Shown here: in pieces, positions 5,784 through 11,873 of the stretch
Position numbering within the stretch: position 1 is the stretch's first letter
Layout of the letters: the number at the start of each line of letters is the position of its first letter
Source: Crocosphaera subtropica ATCC 51142
GTDB taxonomy: Bacteria; Cyanobacteriota; Cyanobacteriia; Cyanobacteriales; Microcystaceae
Length of the DNA: 32,000 nt
NCBI RefSeq assembly: GCF_000017845.1
Contig: NC_010546.1
Coordinates: 1,140,001 to 1,172,000, forward strand
Direction: 5' to 3'
Translations under genes and position numbers: made by a program
The notes under the pieces: model-generated
The model's input: only the letters and a program-made list of their open reading frames with translations
Told to the model about the DNA's origin: nothing
Database searches by the model: none

Positions 5784-7997
5784 ATGGGACAAATAGCGAC
5801 TCACTTAGCTGGAAAAAATGCAGAATTTCAACGCTTTTTTTTGGGTCAGTTTCCAGAAGTTCAACTGGAAGCTGGAAACCTGGAACAATATTATGAAAAA
5901 TTAACTAATTTTGATTTCATTTCCCTCAAAATCCATCATCCTAAGTTTGGCGTAGAAGCATTAATTAGGGATTATGATTTAATTGATGAAGTAACAGAAC
6001 AAACACTAAACTCCGAACAACTGAAAACCCTCAAATTTATTCAACGAACCTTACAATTATCCTCCCATATTTTAAATGAAGACCCCACCCAGTTAGTAGG
6101 ACAATTATGGGGAAGATTACAGGGGTTTGACTATCCAGACATTAAGACATTATTGAAAGAGGCAGAAGATAGCCACCGTAACAAACTTTGGTTACGTCCC
6201 CTAACTGCTAGTTTAACCACTCCTGATAGTCCTCTCATTCGTACCTTGACCGGTCATAACAACATGGTAAATGCAGTATCTGTCACCCCAGATGGGTTAA
6301 AAGCAGTTTCTGCTTCTGCTGACAAAACCCTGAAATTGTGGGATTTAACCACAGGCAAAGAACTGTTAACTTTAACCGGTCATAACGACTGGGTATATGA
6401 AGTGTGTGTCACCCCAGATGGTTTAAAAGCCATTTCTACTTCGTCTGACAAAACTCTAAAATTGTGGGATTTAACCACAGGCAAAGAACTGTTGACCTTC
6501 ACCGGTCATAACAACTGGGTAAATGCAGTATATGTCACCCCAGATGGCTTAAAAGCCGTTTCTACTTCATCTGACAAAACCCTAAAATTGTGGGATTTAA
6601 CCACAGGTAAAGAACTTTCTACTTTTAGGGGTCATAACGACATGGTATATGGTGTATCTATTACGCCAGATGGGTTAAAAGTGGTTTCTGCTTCTCGTGA
6701 CAAAACTCTAAAATTGTGGGATTTAGCCACAGGCAAAGAACTTTCTACTTTTAGGGGTCATAACGACATAGTATATGGTGTATCTATTACGCCAGATGGG
6801 TTAAAAGTGGTTTCTGCTTCTCGTGACAAAACTCTAAAATTGTGGGATTTAGCCACAGGCAAAGAACTTTCTACTTTTAGGGGTCATAACGACTGGATAT
6901 ATGCAGTGTCTGTCACCCCAGATGGCTTAAAAGCAGTGTCTGCTTCTCGTGACAAAACCCTGAAATTGTGGGATTTAACCACAGGCAAAGAACTTTCTAC
7001 TTTTAGGGGTCATAACGCCTGGATATATGCAGTGTCTGTCACCCCAGATGGCTTAAAAGCAGTGTCTGCTTCTCGTGATCACACCTTAAAGCTATGGGAT
7101 TTAGCCACAGGAAAAGAACTTTTTACCTTTAGAAGTCATAACGACCGAGTATATGCAGTGTCTGTCACCCCAGATGGCTTAAAAGCGGTTTCTGCTTCTC
7201 GTGATCACACCTTAAAGCTATGGGATTTGCCTACAGGAAAAAAACTTTCGAGTTTAAGGGGTCATAACGACCGAGTATATGCAGTGTGTGTCACCCCAGA
7301 TGGCTTAAAAGCAGTGTCTGCTTCCCGTGACCAAACCCTAAAATTGTGGGATTTAACCACAGGCAAAGAACTTTCTACCTTTAGAAGTCATAACCAATGG
7401 GAATATGCGGTTGTTATTACCCCTGATGGATTAAAAGCGGTTTCTGCTTCTCGTGATCACACCTTAAAGCTATGGGATTTGTCTACAGGAAAAAAACTTT
7501 CGAGTTTAAGGGGTCATAATGACCGAGTATGTGCGGTATCCATAACCTCAGATGGGTTAAAAGTGGTTTCTGCTTCTCGTGATCACACCTTGAAGTTATG
7601 GGATTTAGCTATAGGAAGAGAACTTTATACCTTCGAGGGTCATAACGATATGATATATGATGTATCCATAACCCCAGATGGCTTAAAAGCGGTGTCTGCT
7701 TCACTTGACGAAACCCTGAAACTGTGGGATTTAGGCACAGGGAGAGAATTATGGACTTTCACCGGTCATAACGCCTCGGTAAATGCAGTATCAGTGACCC
7801 CAGATGGGTTAAAAGCGGTGTCTGCTTCACTTGACGAAACCCTGAAAGTGTGGGATTTAGGCACAGGGGAAGAACTTGTTACCTTTAGTGGGGATAGTCC
7901 AATGATTTGCTGTAGCGTGTCTCCTGATGGTTTAACTGTTGTTGCTGGAGATAGTTCAGGAAAGGTTCATTTTTTGCGTCTAGAAGAAAGTTTGTAG
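5784..7997 (+). CDS. WD40-repeat protein: ~155-aa helical linker domain plus 14 WD40 repeats (two predicted 7-bladed propellers)
   Basis: 13 units of GHN.....V.(V/I)TPDGLK.VSAS.D.TLKLWDL.TGKEL plus one degenerate unit. The N-terminal part (..YYEKLTNFDFISLKI..GVEALIRDYDL..WLRPLTASLTTP) is the kind of linker seen in NACHT-WD40 fusions. SD AAGGAG at 5765-5770. Confidence 0.95.
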   Translation: MGQIATHLAGKNAEFQRFFLGQFPEVQLEAGNLEQYYEKLTNFDFISLKIHHPKFGVEALIRDYDLIDEVTEQTLNSEQLKTLKFIQRTLQLSSHILNEDPTQLVGQLWGRLQGFDYPDIKTLLKEAEDSHRNKLWLRPLTASLTTPDSPLIRTLTGHNNMVNAVSVTPDGLKAVSASADKTLKLWDLTTGKELLTLTGHNDWVYEVCVTPDGLKAISTSSDKTLKLWDLTTGKELLTFTGHNNWVNAVYVTPDGLKAVSTSSDKTLKLWDLTTGKELSTFRGHNDMVYGVSITPDGLKVVSASRDKTLKLWDLATGKELSTFRGHNDIVYGVSITPDGLKVVSASRDKTLKLWDLATGKELSTFRGHNDWIYAVSVTPDGLKAVSASRDKTLKLWDLTTGKELSTFRGHNAWIYAVSVTPDGLKAVSASRDHTLKLWDLATGKELFTFRSHNDRVYAVSVTPDGLKAVSASRDHTLKLWDLPTGKKLSSLRGHNDRVYAVCVTPDGLKAVSASRDQTLKLWDLTTGKELSTFRSHNQWEYAVVITPDGLKAVSASRDHTLKLWDLSTGKKLSSLRGHNDRVCAVSITSDGLKVVSASRDHTLKLWDLAIGRELYTFEGHNDMIYDVSITPDGLKAVSASLDETLKLWDLGTGRELWTFTGHNASVNAVSVTPDGLKAVSASLDETLKVWDLGTGEELVTFSGDSPMICCSVSPDGLTVVAGDSSGKVHFLRLEESL
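6252..7994 (+). repeat. Coding tandem repeat, 126-bp period x 14 (WD40 units)
   Basis: Unit starts fall at 6252+126k. Units 4 (6630-6755) and 5 (6756-6881) differ by one nucleotide (ATG vs ATA). Confidence 0.95.
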
Positions 7998-8018
7998 GGG
8001 TTTAATACTATTAAACCC
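7994..8018. repeat. Palindromic element GTAGGGGTTTAATACTATTAAACCC (type 2, copy 2); its TAG is the WD40 stop codon
   Basis: The stop TAG at 7995-7997 lies inside the repeat. Confidence 0.65.
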
Positions 8019-8053
8019 ACCACAACATAGATTAAACCGTTAGTTAACTTATT

Positions 8054-8347
8054 ATGAATATCAATCAATTAATTCAGGAAAAACGAGAAGAAATTATTAT
8101 GATTGCGGCTAAACACGGCGCGAGTAATCTGCGTATTTTTGGTTCCGTTGCCAGAGGTGAAGCAGACGAAAACAGCGACCTTGATTTATTAATTGATTAT
8201 GACAGTAAAAAAAGGAGTCCTTGGTTTCCCTTGAGATTAATCCGAGAGTTAGAAACATTGTTAGGTTGTAAAGTTGATATTGTTACCGAACAAGGATTAA
8301 AAGATAGAATTAAAGAGCGTGTGTTACAAGAAGCTATGAGGTTATAA
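8054..8347 (+). CDS. Minimal nucleotidyltransferase (MNT, COG1669-type, the antitoxin half of HepT/MNT modules), orphan
   Basis: FGSVARGEADENSDLDLLIDY (GS...D.D NTase motif), ...CKVDIVTEQGL. No DUF86/HepT ORF lies on either side. Confidence 0.85.
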   Translation: MNINQLIQEKREEIIMIAAKHGASNLRIFGSVARGEADENSDLDLLIDYDSKKRSPWFPLRLIRELETLLGCKVDIVTEQGLKDRIKERVLQEAMRL

Positions 8348-8372
8348 GATATGAACAAAAATTAAAGGTTTT

Positions 8373-8401
8373 GTTGGATTTCGTTCCTCAACCCAACCTA
8401 C
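8373..8401. repeat. Dispersed cyanobacterial repeat motif GTTGGATTTCGTTCCTCAACCCAACCTAC
   Basis: GTTGG...CCAAC hairpin. I recognise the ...CTCAACCCAACCTAC motif as a common intergenic repeat in cyanobacteria. It occupies the position where a HepT gene would be expected. Confidence 0.4.
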
Positions 8402-8435
8402 ATCTAAGAATGATAATTAATTAAACAAAAAAATT

Positions 8436-9518
8436 ATGTCTCAAATTAAAACTATCAAAAATACCAGAGGACACCCCGAATATTTACAAACTATTATTAC
8501 AGAAAAAAGCCGTGATTTTGTCGGGCGTGATTTTGTGTTTTCTACTATTAATAACTTTATCAATAATTACGATAAAGGTTATTTTACTCTTATTGGTGAA
8601 CCAGGAAGCGGAAAAAGTGCGATTCTTGCTCAATATTTCAACCAAAATAATAATGTTGTTTACTACAATTTTGATCCCCTCCAACCCCCTTTATTAAGGG
8701 GGGAGAATTGGGAAAACTCCTTAGAAAAGGAGAGAGATTATGAAACTTTCTTAAAAATTGTCAATCATCAATTAATCGATATCTTATCGAGTTTAGAAAC
8801 AAATCAACTTGAGAATGAAGTAGAAAATGATAATAACTTGTTCTCATTATTACTACAAAAAATTAGTGATAAATTACCCCAAAACCAACCCTTAATTATC
8901 ATTATTGATGGTTGTCATAAACTTGACTTAAACCAATATAAAAGAGGCGCAAACCTTCTTTATTTACCCCGTTATCTCCCCAAAAATGTCTATTTAATCC
9001 TTAGTCGTCGTCCTTTTCCTAACAATAAATCAAATTTATTAATAGAAACCCCATCACAAATCTTAAACTTATCCAACTATCCCGAAGAAAATAAAAAAGA
9101 CATCCAAACTTATCTAAAAACCTATGGAAAAAATCAAGAAATATTAAAAAAACTTGACAAAAACGAAACCAATTTTATGTATGTCAGTGAAATTATAAAA
9201 CAGCCTAATTTACCCCCTGAAACATTACCAGAAAGCTTAGAAAACTATTATCAAGAACATTGGAATGATATGAATAAAACAATTGAAAAAAAACCCGAAC
9301 TTAGCTTACAAATTTTACAATGTTTATTACAAGAATACTCATTAATTTCCCTAGAAACCATTGCCGAAAACTTAGACCAAGATGAATATGATATTGAGAT
9401 AATATTAGAAGACTGGCGAGAATTTTCACACCTAGAAACTAGAGAAAATATCCCATATTATCAATTTTATCATTCTAGTTTTCATAATTGGTTAAAAGCA
9501 AAAGTCAGTGAAATATAA
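8436..9518 (+). CDS. NACHT-like P-loop NTPase, a paralogue of 3970-5580 lacking the N-terminal domain, with a degenerate Walker B
   Basis: FVGRDFVFSTINNFINNYDKGYFTLIGEPGSGKS aligns with FCGRSFVFQEFDKFINNQSKGYFTVIGDAGMGKS. Walker A at 8595-8618. The Walker B region reads IIIIDGCHKLD. ILSRRP, NFMY, LENYYQEHW and YYQFYHSSFHNWL are all shared with the paralogue. Confidence 0.75.
   Translation: MSQIKTIKNTRGHPEYLQTIITEKSRDFVGRDFVFSTINNFINNYDKGYFTLIGEPGSGKSAILAQYFNQNNNVVYYNFDPLQPPLLRGENWENSLEKERDYETFLKIVNHQLIDILSSLETNQLENEVENDNNLFSLLLQKISDKLPQNQPLIIIIDGCHKLDLNQYKRGANLLYLPRYLPKNVYLILSRRPFPNNKSNLLIETPSQILNLSNYPEENKKDIQTYLKTYGKNQEILKKLDKNETNFMYVSEIIKQPNLPPETLPESLENYYQEHWNDMNKTIEKKPELSLQILQCLLQEYSLISLETIAENLDQDEYDIEIILEDWREFSHLETRENIPYYQFYHSSFHNWLKAKVSEI
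8676..8720. repeat. Palindromic repeat-like segment embedded in frame in the NTPase paralogue
   Basis: CCCCTCCAACCCCCTTTATTAAGGGGGGAGAATTGGGAAAACTCC with hairpin CCCCCTT-TATT-AAGGGGG (8685-8702). It is translated as PLQPPLLRGENWENS, a block absent from the paralogue at the aligned position. Confidence 0.5.
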
Positions 9519-10409
9519 TTAATAATTCAGAAACTCTCTAACATGACTTAAATATGTTTCTTTATCTTCCAACATGGGAAAATGTGCCGTTTTCGCTATT
9601 TCTACATATTCAATCTTATCATTTAATTTAGCGGCTTCTCGTCCCATTGCAGCAGGAATAATAATATCTTTTTCCCCAGAAACTAACAATGTTGGCACAG
9701 AAATCTCTGCAAACTTTTTGGGCATGGTTTCTACTGCTTTTTTACTCACCGATGTATAAATCGTTCCTAGTGCTGCTTCATAATCTGCTAAAATAAAATC
9801 CTCTAAAAAAGCAATTTTTTCTAATTTATCAATAGGACGATGTAAAAACCTAGACATAAATAAACGAGGAGCAAACGGTACTTTTAAAAACCAATTATAA
9901 CGAAACTTAACCACATATCCCCCAAACAGATGAAAGGTATCAAACGCCAACTTATTATATTCAAAAATACCATTACAAGTAAGAATAGAACGCTCTACTT
10001 TTTCAGGATACATAGTGCTAAATAAAGCCCCAACAGAAGCACCCATCGAGTGACTATTCATATAAACTTTGTCAAGTCCTAACCCATCTAATAATGCCTT
10101 TAAATCTTCTGCATATTCTTCTAAATCATAACTCAAATTTAACGGATTTTCTGGCAATTTTGAACGACCAAACCCCCGTAAATCATACAATAAACAATCA
10201 TAATTATCACTTAAAGCTTCTGCGGTACTGCGCCAATATCTTGCTGATCCACCCCATCCATGAACAAACACCATTACAGGCTTTTCTATGATTCCTGGCT
10301 GTCGTATCCATTCATAATAATGATCCACCCCACGCACCTTAATAATGCCTGTCTCTTGCTCAATTTCTTCGGGTTTCGTTTCAGTGGTAGATAGATTATT
10401 CTCCATCAT
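9519..10409 (-). CDS. Alpha/beta-fold hydrolase
   Basis: VFVHGWGGS (oxyanion region) and the nucleophile elbow SHSMGAS. Its stop is flush with the preceding convergent gene (TAATTA). Confidence 0.85.
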   Translation of the reverse strand: MMENNLSTTETKPEEIEQETGIIKVRGVDHYYEWIRQPGIIEKPVMVFVHGWGGSARYWRSTAEALSDNYDCLLYDLRGFGRSKLPENPLNLSYDLEEYAEDLKALLDGLGLDKVYMNSHSMGASVGALFSTMYPEKVERSILTCNGIFEYNKLAFDTFHLFGGYVVKFRYNWFLKVPFAPRLFMSRFLHRPIDKLEKIAFLEDFILADYEAALGTIYTSVSKKAVETMPKKFAEISVPTLLVSGEKDIIIPAAMGREAAKLNDKIEYVEIAKTAHFPMLEDKETYLSHVREFLNY

Positions 10410-10643
10410 CTTTAATAATTAGATCAATAAAATGTGTGTTGTTGTATATTAGCTGATTATCTTGAAGGATGGAGTAAATAAAAGATTAAGTATTCCCCTA
10501 AGTAGTCTAGATGGGGGGTTACGACGGATTTTGAGATACTCATTACTCCTCACATTATAGCCGTCTAATCCAACCTACTCTAATTCACTGATAACTGAAA
10601 AAGCTGATATAATAACTTATAATTACTTAATATTAATATTTTT

Positions 10644-11693
10644 ATGAACTCTACTTCCTATACACCGCCTTGGGGACTAAAAAATGGCTTATCTATGAGC
10701 GTTTATGCTGGTATATTTGCAGGGAAAAAGTGGAAAAAAAATATACAATTTCCTGAACCCAGTTATGAAGAAAAAATATTTATGGGGGCGCAAGAAACGC
10801 CAATTTTTGGTTTAGTCGCTATTCCTGAAAATCCACGGGGTACCATTGTCGGAACTTATGGTATTGTGGGGGATCTCGATAATCAATGGTATTTACGGGT
10901 ATTAGCAAGAAAAGCCTATGCTGCGGGTTATGCGGTGGTTATTTTTGATTGGCGGGCCCACGGAAAAACAGCGCAACTATCCCCTACTTTAACCTCTGAT
11001 GGTATCTATGAGGGGGAAGATTTTGTGCGTATTGCAGCAGAAGCAAAGACAATGGGGTGTCCTGCCCCCTTTTGGTTAACGGGGTTTTCTTTAGGGGGAC
11101 AGTTGGCGTTATGGGGGATAAAATCAGCGCAAACTGTCGCTAGTTGGGGTCAAAATCTTCCGATCGAAGCGTCAGATATTGCCGGCGGTGCAGTTATTTG
11201 TCCTAATTTAGATTCTAATCGATCGCTGTCTTATTTAGTTAGTAGTCCCTGGGGCAAATATATTGAAAAAAGAATCGCTAAACAGTTAAAAAAATTAGCT
11301 TGGAAAATACATGAATATCACCCAGAAGAACTTGATTCAGAGGCGATTCGACGGGCTAATAGTATTTGGGGATTTGATGAGGAATTGGTTATTAAAAGAT
11401 TGGGTTGTTCTTCTGTAGAAGAGTATTATCATGCCAGTAGTCCCTTACCTTTGTTACCTAATTTATCGAAACCGACTTTAATTTTTTATGCTGCTGATGA
11501 TCCCTTATTTGATCCTTCTATTATTCCTGATTTAAAGACTGCTTGCACCGATAATTCGTACATTGATCTGAGGGTTACTCAATACGGGGGTCATGTGGGT
11601 TATATTAGTAATAAAAATTGTCAACGGGAATCTGGAGATAGCGATCGCTGGTGGGCTTGGAATCGTATTTTAGATTGGTTTGAATCAAGATAA
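10644..11693 (+). CDS. Alpha/beta-fold hydrolase (YheT/ABHD-like)
   Basis: D.RAHG, nucleophile elbow GFSLGG, AADDPLFD, and a GGHVGY C-terminal His region. Confidence 0.8.
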   Translation: MNSTSYTPPWGLKNGLSMSVYAGIFAGKKWKKNIQFPEPSYEEKIFMGAQETPIFGLVAIPENPRGTIVGTYGIVGDLDNQWYLRVLARKAYAAGYAVVIFDWRAHGKTAQLSPTLTSDGIYEGEDFVRIAAEAKTMGCPAPFWLTGFSLGGQLALWGIKSAQTVASWGQNLPIEASDIAGGAVICPNLDSNRSLSYLVSSPWGKYIEKRIAKQLKKLAWKIHEYHPEELDSEAIRRANSIWGFDEELVIKRLGCSSVEEYYHASSPLPLLPNLSKPTLIFYAADDPLFDPSIIPDLKTACTDNSYIDLRVTQYGGHVGYISNKNCQRESGDSDRWWAWNRILDWFESR

Positions 11694-11710
11694 AAATATT
11701 AGGGTTTTAT

Positions 11711-11776
11711 TCATCGTAATATCGCCTGATTTTCTAACCATTGTTCATAATCAGTTTCGTAAAGATTATTAACCAT
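11711..11776 (-). pseudogene. 21-codon remnant of a DUF29 gene
   Basis: Minus strand reads AAGGAG-N8-ATG, then MVNNLYETDYEQWLENQAILR*. LYETDYEQWLE is the DUF29 N-terminal signature (compare LYETDYDKWV at 2889). Confidence 0.5.
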
Positions 11777-11873
11777 TTTGTAATCTCCTTGAATCAATTT
11801 TTTGACTCAATTCTATCTCTATCCTCTAGTTTAGTAGAGACGCTTTATAAAACATCTCTACTAAAAACTAGAT

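Noticed and set aside
6252-7994. Regular 126-bp repeat array that could superficially resemble a CRISPR or satellite locus
   Set aside because: It is one continuous open reading frame encoding canonical WD40 units. There is no repeat and unique-spacer alternation, and no cas genes are present.
8348-8435. Possible HepT (DUF86) remnant downstream of the MNT gene
   Set aside because: Only 88 nt are available. The single ATG-initiated frame is 4 codons long (MNKN*), and the rest is a recognisable dispersed repeat. There is nothing alignable to HepT.
1523-9518. Absence of HIP1 (GCGATCGC) from the island as proof of horizontal origin
   Set aside because: By eye I also find no exact HIP1 site between about 20.9 kb and 30.3 kb (exb/pst core genes). 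An 8-kb HIP1-free stretch is therefore not distinctive here and at best adds weakly to the AT-richness argument.
10410-10643. Possible tRNA or ncRNA in the divergent intergenic region between the two hydrolase genes (CCCC...GGGG hairpin, CCAACCTAC motif)
   Set aside because: No cloverleaf can be drawn: there is no T-loop GGTTCGA-like box and no acceptor pairing. The motifs look like fragments of dispersed repeats.
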